From a virus (lineage: Duplodnaviria; Heunggongvirae; Uroviricota; Caudoviricetes), in the IMG/VR virus record IMGVR_UViG_2695420523_000005: a DNA stretch of 28,861 bases. One strand, given 5' to 3'. Positions 18,169 through 26,673 of the stretch are shown here, in pieces. The notes beneath the pieces are model-generated. The model had not been told where the DNA came from. It ran no database searches and was given only the letters and a program-made list of their open reading frames with translations. Each line of letters opens with the position of its first letter. Within the stretch, counting starts at the first letter, position 1. The position numbers and the translations under genes were made by a program.

Positions 18169-18822
18169 ATATTTGCATCAGTTGCTCTTTGGCGTCAGGG
18201 TCTGCCTTATCCTGGCTTGGATCGTAGACTTTATCTGTTACGACTGGTCTTCCAATCCTGAGTTGCAAACCCTCCATGAACGCCTTCACAGCCTCGCCAT
18301 CCGCCTGGGACGCACGAGCGACTTGTAAGTTGCGGACATCCTCTTCCGCACGCAGACGGTCTATATTGCGACTGAGCATCCAGAACATCGTGAGAGGAAC
18401 GTTCAGTAGCTCTAATGGCGACACGGCGTAGTGAGCAACTACACGACTGAAATAGAATCCGAGATCTATTGAGACGGTCCTTGTCCCGGATTCATCGCGG
18501 GAAATTACTTTGCCCCTTCGCCAGCCGCTTTTTCGTTTTCTTCATCAATCACTTCCATAGCGAAGGTGAAGATCTGCTGGAGTTGCGGAACAGTCAGTTT
18601 TTCAAGAACTTCATCAGGCACTGAAGGGATAACCTTACGAACCAGATCTGCATAAGCTGTCACTTGCTCAACAGGAGACATGTTCATGAGATCTTTTCCT
18701 TCCATCTGCTTGATGGAAACGAACAGACCTACCGTCATTTCAACGATGGGATATTCCTGACCGCCAAATTTGATGCTTTTCTTCGGAGGCAGAATGGAAT
18801 CGAGATCGAGTAATTTGGTCAT
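18155..18822 (-). CDS. Tail assembly chaperone G-T fusion produced by programmed -1 ribosomal frameshift
   Basis: The downstream ORF (track 18155..18424) is in the -1 frame relative to G and that frame is open from 18541, giving a 36-nt overlap window (18508..18541) containing an AAAAAG run at 18528..18533. The slip site is not the canonical lambda GGGAAAG. Confidence 0.6.
18505..18822 (-). CDS. G: Tail assembly chaperone G
   Basis: 105-aa acidic ORF immediately upstream of the tape measure; ATG 18822 with AAGGA upstream; stop TAA at 18507..18505. Confidence 0.8.
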   Translation of the reverse strand: MTKLLDLDSILPPKKSIKFGGQEYPIVEMTVGLFVSIKQMEGKDLMNMSPVEQVTAYADLVRKVIPSVPDEVLEKLTVPQLQQIFTFAMEVIDEENEKAAGEGAK

Positions 18823-18833
18823 TGGTTAAAATC

Positions 18834-18864
18834 CTTTTAAAAGAGAGGCTCATCCTGAGCCTCT
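18834..18864 (-). terminator. Terminator/attenuator-like stem-loop downstream of the major tail gene
   Basis: 9-bp stem agaggctca/tgagcctct (18844..18864) with 3-nt loop; followed on the minus-strand RNA by CUUUUAAAAGGAU, then the ATG of G at 18822. Confidence 0.55.
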
Positions 18865-18877
18865 GCTTAATTACTGA

Positions 18878-19624
18878 TTAATCTGCGGAGTTAATCGTTA
18901 CTGACTTAGTAGCCTTCTTAGAACCGCTATTGCTGGTGAAGGAGATGTTTGCTGTACCCTGCGCCACACCGCGCACAAGACCCGTTTGATCTACCGTGGC
19001 CTTTTCCTGGTCTTCGGATTCCCAAACACCGGTTTTGTCTGCGGCATCAGCTGGAGTGATTTCGGCTGTCAGTTGCACAGTTTCTCCAGCTTTTACGGTT
19101 GGAGATTCCGGTGAGATCGACACAGTTTTTACCGGTTTAGGACCGCTCATTTTGCCCAGAACGCCTTCATCATCCGGGTATGCGCTGAACTGAACAGAGA
19201 ACACACGAACATCATCAGACTGGTAAGTCATAGTGAAGTTGCCCGCGGTTGCCGCTTTCGGGATGGTCAACACATAGTCGGTGGTGTCCTGCGGAGTCAG
19301 AACCAGCTCCTTCGCCACATCAATCAGGTTAACGCCCTGTGCAGATGTGATCGTGACAGAGTTGTCATCTTCGCTCAGAGTAGAACCAGGCATCAGGTCA
19401 ACCATGTTTTGGAGTACAGACTCAGCCAGAGGCGCGGTGATGGTAATGTTGCGCCCCTGAACTAATTCGGAAATTACGGTCTGCCCCAACTGATCGACGG
19501 TGACTTTCAGTGTTTCAGTGGCTACTTCAACCTGAACACCACCTTTGGTGTAACCCAAATCCACACCACCAAACGACACCTTACAGGCACCAAGTTTGAT
19601 GTTTTTTACATGGGTATTAGACAT
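18878..19624 (-). CDS. Major tail (tube) protein with C-terminal Ig-like (Big_2) domain
   Basis: Position immediately upstream of G; C-terminal ~80 aa (VSISPESPTVKAGETVQLTAEITPADAADKTGVWESED...) is an Ig-like repeat like those of the 22284..23204 protein. Track start 19660; I prefer ATG 19624 (MSNTHVKNIK...) with AAGGAG upstream. Confidence 0.8.
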   Translation of the reverse strand: MSNTHVKNIKLGACKVSFGGVDLGYTKGGVQVEVATETLKVTVDQLGQTVISELVQGRNITITAPLAESVLQNMVDLMPGSTLSEDDNSVTITSAQGVNLIDVAKELVLTPQDTTDYVLTIPKAATAGNFTMTYQSDDVRVFSVQFSAYPDDEGVLGKMSGPKPVKTVSISPESPTVKAGETVQLTAEITPADAADKTGVWESEDQEKATVDQTGLVRGVAQGTANISFTSNSGSKKATKSVTINSAD

Positions 19625-19672
19625 TGATGGAAAACTCCTTTTTCCGTTAATTCTACGCATTCATTGCGCTAA

Positions 19673-19692
19673 TAGTAAGTATATACTTACTA
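19673..19692. promoter_or_regulatory. Perfect 20-bp AT-rich palindrome tagtaagtatatacttacta upstream of the major tail gene (recurrent TACTTAC junction motif)
   Basis: The sequence equals its own reverse complement; lies between the upstream stop (19699) and the major tail start. Confidence 0.4.
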
Positions 19693-19698
19693 ATTGAG

Positions 19699-20055
19699 TT
19701 AATTCAATAAATAGCCAGCAAATTCAACAGGAATGCCTGCTTCTATTAATGCCCCATCATTTTTGGGATAAATGATTGGCATCGCCATCGGTCGAACAAG
19801 TCGAAAATAAACACCACCAGATTCCGTTTCCTCTACTGGAAACATCTCAATGATTTTATTGGCTTTCTCAACCGTCGTAGTAATTGACGAACCACGCACA
19901 ATTATTGTGAATGATTCGTGGTAAAAGCCCTGTAGCTCATGATCGATGCTGATACCGGTATTTGGGTTAATAAGCAGGACGCCAGATTTCACATTGGCAG
20001 GCAAGTAGTGACAGAAAATGTCAGTCCCGACCGTGCCAATCTTTGCCTTCTGCAT
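19699..20055 (-). CDS. Tail terminator-like protein (by position, gpU-equivalent)
   Basis: Track ORF 19699..20205 starts at TTG and overlaps the upstream gene by ~120 nt; ATG at 20055 (MQKAKIG...) removes the overlap. Function by synteny only. Confidence 0.45.
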   Translation of the reverse strand: MQKAKIGTVGTDIFCHYLPANVKSGVLLINPNTGISIDHELQGFYHESFTIIVRGSSITTTVEKANKIIEMFPVEETESGGVYFRLVRPMAMPIIYPKNDGALIEAGIPVEFAGYLLN

Positions 20056-20083
20056 CAAACTTGCAAACGCTTCAATAAACACA

Positions 20084-20557
20084 TTAACCTCTCGTAAAAC
20101 CGGCTTTTCTGGCAGCCTCAAGAATCGCTTCTGAGAACTGCTTCTCGCTAATTTCCACCGCTCTTTCCAGAAAGTGTGGCCCAACACGAGGTTTAACACC
20201 GGCAATTGGTGGGTTTGTCACGTTCTTCATTCGAGAAAGATAACCGAGTCGGTATTTACCCAGCTCCATGTACTTAGCATAGTCACCTACTTCTACGCCC
20301 GGATGCCCCTGACGTGGTTTTGCTCCAGACACAGAAAGCTCAATACGCAGCCCTGAATAACCTTCTTTAATCACCCTGGCAAAGATGGCTGTCTCCAGAG
20401 ATCCGGTTTCCAGCGGGGCCATTGCACGGCTGAGACGCTCAACCAAACGCGCCAGCTTTTCCATGTCCCGGATAAGATATCGCTTAAATGCTTTCTGGCT
20501 GTTGTTGAGTCGATTCCCCGCACGTTTGAACTGATGCGCATCGTATTTCAGACCCAT
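20084..20557 (-). CDS. Head-tail joining / tail completion protein candidate (by position)
   Basis: 157-aa ORF, ATG at 20557 overlapping the upstream stop by 10 nt; no recognisable motif. Confidence 0.45.
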   Translation of the reverse strand: MGLKYDAHQFKRAGNRLNNSQKAFKRYLIRDMEKLARLVERLSRAMAPLETGSLETAIFARVIKEGYSGLRIELSVSGAKPRQGHPGVEVGDYAKYMELGKYRLGYLSRMKNVTNPPIAGVKPRVGPHFLERAVEISEKQFSEAILEAARKAGFTRG

Positions 20558-20892
20558 ATATTCGCCCCTACTTCAAGATGCCCAGGTCTTCCTCGTAGCC
20601 CCCAGCGGCGATGAACACTGGACACCTTTAATTTTTGACCTTCAAGGATCAGTACATCATCAAGTTGTACAGCCGCTTCCAAAGGGACAACTAACACAGC
20701 ATCAAACAGCTCCAGACTCGCCTTACCACGACTACCAGAGCTATCAGCACGAACTGACGATTTCTCATTACTCTGTTCGAACTTAACCACGCCGACATTC
20801 GTCTTCCTGACGAATTGTAATTGCGCCTCACCGTAAACGTTCTTTGCGCCAAAGCGGTAGATCGCAATTTCTGTTTGCCATGAAATATTCAT
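20548..20892 (-). CDS. Head-tail joining protein candidate (by position)
   Basis: Track ORF starts at 20988; internal ATG at 20892 (MNISWQTEIAIY...) has GGGAGA about 5 nt upstream and avoids overlap with the preceding gene. Confidence 0.45.
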   Translation of the reverse strand: MNISWQTEIAIYRFGAKNVYGEAQLQFVRKTNVGVVKFEQSNEKSSVRADSSGSRGKASLELFDAVLVVPLEAAVQLDDVLILEGQKLKVSSVHRRWGLRGRPGHLEVGANIWV

Positions 20893-20971
20893 GCTCTCTC
20901 CCTGTTGTTGTCGGTCGCTCTCATTACTGGCCAAAAACCCTTTAGACCAAAAGTAAATAATGCGACTGGCG

Positions 20972-21805
20972 TTACGCACGGCGAACAATCATACGGTTGT
21001 TGATGTAACTGACCAGCAAGCGCCAGGTACTGCGAGCCACATGCACGTTTGCAGCTTTACCGGTACGGTACATGTTGGTTGTTTCACCGATGGACTCTGA
21101 CAAAATGCCATCCTCTCGTGCTGCGGCAACATCATTGCCATTTGCGATCTCACACGCTTCGTTGACAACGGCAAGCATCAACGCTTCTTTGAAGTAGTCA
21201 GGGAACTCTTCAAACTTCTCCTGCGTCATCTTTTCCCAATCGACTAAATCATGCCGGTACGCTCCATCTGCTCCCCACGGAATGTCATACACATTCAGCA
21301 TATTTTGAGGGCGATCGTATCGGTCAAAGTCGATACGTAGAATTTTGCGGATTGAGAACGGTAAAGTTTTAATTCGTCTGGTAGCCTCAATGAGACGCTT
21401 GCGCATTAAGCCTTCACCATCCGACAGCAAAGTGTCCCCATTCAGCATATCGATCGCCTGCATTTGAGCATCAGCGACAGTTGCAAACGACTGTTCTGGT
21501 ATCGACAGTTCAAAACTATTCAGCAGAACATACATTTGCCGCTCTTCATGCGTCAGACCCGATGCAACAGCCTTCACAATGACGTACCGCAGATCGCGTT
21601 CTTTCTCTGAGAGCTGGTTATATTCAGCCGACACGACAACCGGAATCGACATTTGCCCGCTGGTAATTTCTAGCGGCTCGCCATCAACGAGAATAGCCCC
21701 GGTGCTGTCCTTTACTGTGTAGGTGGCAGATTCGATATCCAGCACGTTGAAGGCAAATGAAAGAGAAACAGCTTCACCGCTACGATACGAGTCGATCTGC
21801 GCCAT
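20972..21805 (-). CDS. Hypothetical head-tail connector region protein (277 aa)
   Basis: ATG at 21805 overlaps the upstream stop (TAATG coupling); unusually large for an adaptor protein; no motif recognised. Confidence 0.5.
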   Translation of the reverse strand: MAQIDSYRSGEAVSLSFAFNVLDIESATYTVKDSTGAILVDGEPLEITSGQMSIPVVVSAEYNQLSEKERDLRYVIVKAVASGLTHEERQMYVLLNSFELSIPEQSFATVADAQMQAIDMLNGDTLLSDGEGLMRKRLIEATRRIKTLPFSIRKILRIDFDRYDRPQNMLNVYDIPWGADGAYRHDLVDWEKMTQEKFEEFPDYFKEALMLAVVNEACEIANGNDVAAAREDGILSESIGETTNMYRTGKAANVHVARSTWRLLVSYINNRMIVRRA

Positions 21806-22239
21806 TACTCACCGCCTTGTGCTTTCAGGATGCCTTCAATCATCTCGACAATTCCTTTCGCTTTAACACCAACCTGATTACCAATAACTCGTAGACCGGC
21901 AATACCTTCATTGTCTGCAATTGACTCCAACTCTTCTCGTGTGAAAGTCTGGAGCTGTTTGATCGGTTCATCTGGCGTCCCTCGTTTCATTGGCACAATG
22001 TCAGGCGCTACTGGCTCTGTAATCAGGTCTGCGGCCAATTCACCACGATCACTGTATGCGGCAGATGGGGAAACATTTTTTCCCTCTACTGTTGACGCTC
22101 GCATTGATGCACAAATTCTCTGCTGATCGATAAAAGGCAACTCTGCGACGGACACCCCATTCTCGAACTGAACGCCGCACAACATTCCCGAATAACCGGA
22201 AAATTGCGGTTCTAATAAAACAATTTTTGCTGGTTTCAT
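21805..22239 (-). CDS. Hypothetical head completion / adaptor candidate (144 aa)
   Basis: ATG at 22239, preceded by a GC-rich stem-loop with GAAA loop (22258..22275). Confidence 0.5.
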   Translation of the reverse strand: MKPAKIVLLEPQFSGYSGMLCGVQFENGVSVAELPFIDQQRICASMRASTVEGKNVSPSAAYSDRGELAADLITEPVAPDIVPMKRGTPDEPIKQLQTFTREELESIADNEGIAGLRVIGNQVGVKAKGIVEMIEGILKAQGGE

Positions 22240-22257
22240 AACGCTTTCTCTCTACAT

Positions 22258-22275
22258 GGGCGGCGAAAGCCGCCC
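22258..22275 (-). promoter_or_regulatory. GC-rich stem-loop (GAAA loop) between the Ig-like protein gene and the next gene
   Basis: gggcggc gaaa gccgccc, perfect 7-bp stem; no U-tract follows on the minus strand. Confidence 0.45.
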
Positions 22276-22283
22276 AATATCGG

Positions 22284-23204
22284 TTATTCCTGTGCGGCAG
22301 TAACTTCTACAGTCGCTGTCGCTTTGTGGCTACCATCTTGGGTAGTAACCTCGATTGTGGCAGTGCCAGCCGCAACACCAGTTACAACACCGGTTTCGCT
22401 GTCCACCGTTGCAAACTCGGTATTTTTGGATTCCCAAGTAACGGTTTTATTTGTTGCTCCTGCCGGCTCGACATTTGCGGTCAGCTGAACAGTTTTGTTT
22501 GCCTCAACGGTTGTGCTATTTGGGTCGATTTCGACACCAGTAACAGCCACAACAGGCGCAGTTACTTCCACCGTTGCAGTTGCCTTTTTGCTGCCATCTT
22601 GGGAAACGATCTCAATCGTCGCAGTGCCAACTTCTACACCAGTAACGTTCCCGCTCTGGTCTACCGTTGCCTTGTCTTCATTTTTGGAAGACCAGGTAAC
22701 TGCCTTATTCGTCGCATTTGACGGCTGAACATTCGCTTTCAGACTGACTGATTTCCCTTTCTCAACAGAAGTTGAGTCTGGCGTTACCGTTACGGATTGA
22801 ACGGCTACCGGATTTACGGTGACTTCCACTGACGCGGAAAGCTGGGTTTCCTGATCAGTTGCGGTAATTTTCACTTTGCCTGGTGCTACGCCAGTTACTA
22901 ATCCAGTGCCGTTGACGGTTGCAATTTGATCATTGGCTGACTTCCAGGTGAATGAACTGGCACTCTTACCCATAGTAATACCTGCACTAAGTTGAACAGT
23001 TTTCCCAACCAAAACTGACGGTGAAGCCGGGGTTATGTTTACGGATTGGGAGAAGGGAACCGCCTGCAAACAAGCAGATAGCTGACTTTGCTGTCGCTCG
23101 GTTAAAGGTTCATCGGAGATTGAATTGGTAAATCCGGCACGGCACATATGCCCCGTAAAATCCGAAAATGCCTCTTCCGTAATCTTCATCTTTTGTTCTG
23201 GCAT
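22284..23204 (-). CDS. Protein with three tandem Ig-like (Big_2) domains; capsid decoration protein candidate
   Basis: Three ~90-aa repeats of the pattern SV.VTP.S.SV..GKTVQL.A.V.P..ATNK.VTW.S.N...ATVD..G.VTGV..GTA.I; ATG 23204 with GGAG upstream; immediately downstream of the major capsid gene. Confidence 0.7.
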   Translation of the reverse strand: MPEQKMKITEEAFSDFTGHMCRAGFTNSISDEPLTERQQSQLSACLQAVPFSQSVNITPASPSVLVGKTVQLSAGITMGKSASSFTWKSANDQIATVNGTGLVTGVAPGKVKITATDQETQLSASVEVTVNPVAVQSVTVTPDSTSVEKGKSVSLKANVQPSNATNKAVTWSSKNEDKATVDQSGNVTGVEVGTATIEIVSQDGSKKATATVEVTAPVVAVTGVEIDPNSTTVEANKTVQLTANVEPAGATNKTVTWESKNTEFATVDSETGVVTGVAAGTATIEVTTQDGSHKATATVEVTAAQE

Positions 23205-23214
23205 TTCTCGCTCC

Positions 23215-23245
23215 TACAAAAAGGGTGGGCGTATAGCCCACCCTT
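23215..23245 (-). terminator. Intrinsic terminator-like stem-loop downstream of the major capsid gene
   Basis: Perfect 10-bp stem aagggtgggc/gcccaccctt with loop gtata (23221..23245); on the minus-strand RNA it is followed by UUUUUG, then GGAG and the next ATG at 23204. Confidence 0.7.
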
Positions 23246-23250
23246 TAACA

Positions 23251-23268
23251 TAGATAATTACTTATCTA
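23251..23268. promoter_or_regulatory. Junction motif tagataattacttatcta (imperfect palindrome), just after the major capsid stop
   Basis: 17 of 18 positions identical to the copy at 26674..26691; arms tagataa / ttatcta are reverse complements. Confidence 0.4.
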
Positions 23269-23277
23269 CTGCACTGA

Positions 23278-24153
23278 TTAAATTTTTACATTGGTCAGTG
23301 CAGCGATAGCCTTATCGTGCTTATTCGCCAGAGAGCAGTACCACTTCACACGGGTACGTACTGCGTCTTTGTTCTGTACAGTACCAATGTTTTCAACAAC
23401 GATACCTGCGTTGTCGCCGCCATACAGACCAGTAACGCCGTTCTCTTCTGACAGATGCAGGCAGTAGATGCTTGCTTTACCAGCATCGGTCGGGATGAAG
23501 TCGTTGATGATGAACGGAACGCCGTTATGACACAGCATCGGACGACCAAAGTTCTCCATCATGATTTCAGACGGACCTACGTTTACTGTACGCAGCAGCG
23601 CACGGTAAGCACGAAGGTGCTCTGAACGCATCATGATGCAGTCAGCACCAAGATCTTTCACCGCATCGACCAGTTCGTCGAACATAGAGAAAGTCATAGA
23701 TGCACCGGCGATATCGATCTTCTGATCTGCGTGCATCAGGCGTGGAATGCCGTCAAACGCTTTGTTGTTGGTGCTGGAGTCACCCAAAATCAGATTGCGA
23801 CGGAACGCACGAGCCAGACCTTTAACTTTCTGACGAACCTGAATAGCCAACTGGTTATTGGTGTCGGCCATAGTGGTTGCCAGGAATTTATCAACGTCTA
23901 CGTCACCAGCCAGAATACGCAGTTTCGCAACGCATTCTTCGAAGGTTGCTGCACCTTCAGTGATGGTGTCGTTAACGTCGATGAAGGTAGCTTCACTCAG
24001 CGTTTTTTCACGATTGTACAGATATGCCTTTGAATTAATTTTCATAAAAGGCAGGATGGCAAACAGGTCATCGCGATCAATGATAGTTTCGATCACACCC
24101 TGTTCGAGTTCGTTGTTAGACAGCTTTTCAGCTTCTTCACGCAGTAATGGCAT
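23278..24153 (-). CDS. Major capsid protein
   Basis: 291-aa ORF between scaffold and decoration candidate, followed by a strong intrinsic terminator; assignment by position and size, family not identified. Confidence 0.7.
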   Translation of the reverse strand: MPLLREEAEKLSNNELEQGVIETIIDRDDLFAILPFMKINSKAYLYNREKTLSEATFIDVNDTITEGAATFEECVAKLRILAGDVDVDKFLATTMADTNNQLAIQVRQKVKGLARAFRRNLILGDSSTNNKAFDGIPRLMHADQKIDIAGASMTFSMFDELVDAVKDLGADCIMMRSEHLRAYRALLRTVNVGPSEIMMENFGRPMLCHNGVPFIINDFIPTDAGKASIYCLHLSEENGVTGLYGGDNAGIVVENIGTVQNKDAVRTRVKWYCSLANKHDKAIAALTNVKI

Positions 24154-24178
24154 CTATCAATTCCCTTTGATTTAGATG

Positions 24179-25066
24179 TTACTTAAGTCCAATTTTCCCC
24201 AGACCGGAGGCCAACTTATCCATAGTCGACTTGTTCTTCGGTTGGGATATTGTGTAGGTCGATTTGGAATGTGAGCCTACACCCTGCTTGGCTTCGCTAC
24301 GCATCAATGCGTCAGCTTCCGGATCTGCCCGCACAATGCGTTCAATCGCGGATTCAAACGGCAACGGCTTACCTTCACCGTCAACCAGAACAGCTCGTTC
24401 TTTATGACCTGTCGGTTTGTCATAACCCACTACGCTACCGTCTTCACCCACTTCAAAATGAGAACCGTAGATCACGCGGGCTTTTGCCGGGGTCATCAGA
24501 ACTTTGTCACGTAGGAAGAGAGAGTTACTGAAGGAAGCGCCCACGGTCATCTCGACTAATTGAGATTTCAGTGATGCGTTTTCACTTTCCAGTGCTGTAT
24601 AACGTTCGTCACGCTGTGCCAGTTCTGCCTGGTGTGCTTCGATCATCTGTTTTTTAACAGCATCGAACTCACCACGACGCTCCAGTTCAGCTTGCTCCGC
24701 CTCACGACGTGCATTTTCTGCGGCCTGTTCAGCTTCTAAAAGCTGGCGAGCACGCGCCGGGTCGATATCACCGTACTGAGCAAGCTGATCGGCCAATGTG
24801 CGCTCTTTCTCTTTGCGCTTCATGTTCTCCTTCAGCAGTTCAGCACCAGCTTTCTTGGTTTTACGAAGTTCGGCCAGTAACTCTTCCTGAGTCATGCCAG
24901 CGTATTCGTCATCGCCCTTCGGCTGCTCTTTTTGTTCACCCTGTTTGTCAGGATCTTGTGTGCTCTGCTCATTATCAGCAGCTACACCGCCAGCGCCTCC
25001 ACGCTCATGCGCTTCAGCGACATCCATCAGACCACGACGGGCCAAAAGCATTTGCCACAGATTCAT
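24179..25066 (-). CDS. Capsid scaffolding protein
   Basis: Highly charged, Glu/Ala/Arg-rich helical protein (e.g. ARQLLEAEQAAENARREAEQAELERR) between portal and capsid genes; ATG 25066 with AGGA upstream. Confidence 0.65.
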   Translation of the reverse strand: MNLWQMLLARRGLMDVAEAHERGGAGGVAADNEQSTQDPDKQGEQKEQPKGDDEYAGMTQEELLAELRKTKKAGAELLKENMKRKEKERTLADQLAQYGDIDPARARQLLEAEQAAENARREAEQAELERRGEFDAVKKQMIEAHQAELAQRDERYTALESENASLKSQLVEMTVGASFSNSLFLRDKVLMTPAKARVIYGSHFEVGEDGSVVGYDKPTGHKERAVLVDGEGKPLPFESAIERIVRADPEADALMRSEAKQGVGSHSKSTYTISQPKNKSTMDKLASGLGKIGLK

Positions 25067-25087
25067 AAAAATTCCTTTTGTTACTTA

Positions 25088-26662
25088 TCACTCGTTCTCT
25101 TGAGTAGATGAGTCCCCATTCCCTCGGGGTTGATCTTGCCCGCTTTCTTGGGCTGCACCACGATCATAAGTAAGTACTGACTTATTTTCAAGGGTATTTA
25201 GATCATTTTTTGGAGGAAAATTCAAGAGATCTTTATCAAATTCCTTTTTCATCGCCTCAGTAATGTTCGGGAAAATCTTCTCAATAAGCATTTCCATCTG
25301 GTGACGACGTACAGAGTCCGGTGCCTGAAGTAATGACAGTTTCTCGGCAACAGAAAATTCATCAGTAAGGCCACGAATATCGAAACTTTCTGGATACGCA
25401 ATTAAAGAGTGGTCTTCGTCCAGATCTACCCCCATCCATTTCGCAACCAGTAGCATGATTTGGCGTTCAGCCCTTTCCAGACGCTCTGCTTTTGTGACAA
25501 GCAAGCTATTTACACGCTGGAAGTCATACATTTTTGCGGCACCAGATGAATTATCGATTCCCTGTGCGTTGTCCTGCTTCGTTCGCTCACCAGCTACACC
25601 AACTGAATGGTAGATTTCGTTAATCACCGTCTTAATCGTAGTGATGATCATCTGAGCTTGTTTCGGGTCTGGTGACAGATAAAACGGCTGGTTTCCACCT
25701 TCAGAATCGTAGGTGAAGACTCGCTTTGTGCCCATTTCAAGCACTTTAGTGTGGTTTTCATCACCAGGTAAAAGCGACTGTACCGGTATAGCCAACTGGC
25801 TAAATGTCTGATCCTGAATAATGGCATCAAGGTTTGACAGATAGTTTGCAACCGCACGATCAAGATAAGCGATATCATCGATCAACGATGGGCTGAAATA
25901 CGGTGATTCACTTTCTCCAATACAATCAACAGGAAACACAGGAACTACGCCGAGATTATGCTCACCGCTATCCTCTAAAATAACTTTTGCCTGACGGCGA
26001 CCTGCTCCACCAGCGCCCTTCTTCACTTCCTCACGGAACAGATACCACTCGTTTTGTGTCCACAGACGATAACGTTGGTATTCCTGACCTGTAGAAGTAA
26101 AAGGATCTGCGTCATCACGAGCGACTTCCACAATTAACGCCCACAACATATTCCCGTCGTCGTCCCACGCCACATCCAGCATTTGCTGAGGTGAAATCCA
26201 GTAGGCGTAGGCGCGAGCATCTTTCTTTTTCTCGTCAGCTACTGACTCAACATCACCACTCATCGTGCTATCGACAACAACCCATATGCGACCGTAAATA
26301 GACGACTGCAAATCAATAGCGGCCATAAATGAGTCAATAGAGGCATTCTGGCGAGTCGCACGTTTCCAGAAATTGCGGATCTGCTCTGGTGCCTCTTCGA
26401 TATTTCTATGAATGTCTTCTTTAAAGAGATATTTGTTGATGAGGTTTACCACCTCACGAGTGTGGTTGAAGCGATAAGCACGTTCAACTCGCTCCTTAAA
26501 CTCCTGATCTCCCTCTTTAAAGTAACGAAAGATATTGTCTGTAAACCAACCACGCCCGCCAGCGTAAGTGCTGGCGAGGAAGTCCCAATGTTCTTTTTTC
26601 TTTTCGTATTCCGGGTGGCGTCGCGCCACCAGATCCTTAATTTGTTTGTCGTTCAATTCCAT
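25088..26662 (-). CDS. Portal protein
   Basis: 524-aa ORF immediately downstream of the large terminase; size and position typical of a portal; no motif-level confirmation. Confidence 0.8.
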   Translation of the reverse strand: MELNDKQIKDLVARRHPEYEKKKEHWDFLASTYAGGRGWFTDNIFRYFKEGDQEFKERVERAYRFNHTREVVNLINKYLFKEDIHRNIEEAPEQIRNFWKRATRQNASIDSFMAAIDLQSSIYGRIWVVVDSTMSGDVESVADEKKKDARAYAYWISPQQMLDVAWDDDGNMLWALIVEVARDDADPFTSTGQEYQRYRLWTQNEWYLFREEVKKGAGGAGRRQAKVILEDSGEHNLGVVPVFPVDCIGESESPYFSPSLIDDIAYLDRAVANYLSNLDAIIQDQTFSQLAIPVQSLLPGDENHTKVLEMGTKRVFTYDSEGGNQPFYLSPDPKQAQMIITTIKTVINEIYHSVGVAGERTKQDNAQGIDNSSGAAKMYDFQRVNSLLVTKAERLERAERQIMLLVAKWMGVDLDEDHSLIAYPESFDIRGLTDEFSVAEKLSLLQAPDSVRRHQMEMLIEKIFPNITEAMKKEFDKDLLNFPPKNDLNTLENKSVLTYDRGAAQESGQDQPRGNGDSSTQENE

Positions 26663-26673
26663 TTGAATAACCT

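Noticed and set aside
25648-25878. 76-aa minus-strand ORF in another frame inside the portal gene
   Set aside because: Completely nested in the portal ORF in a different frame, with no independent support.
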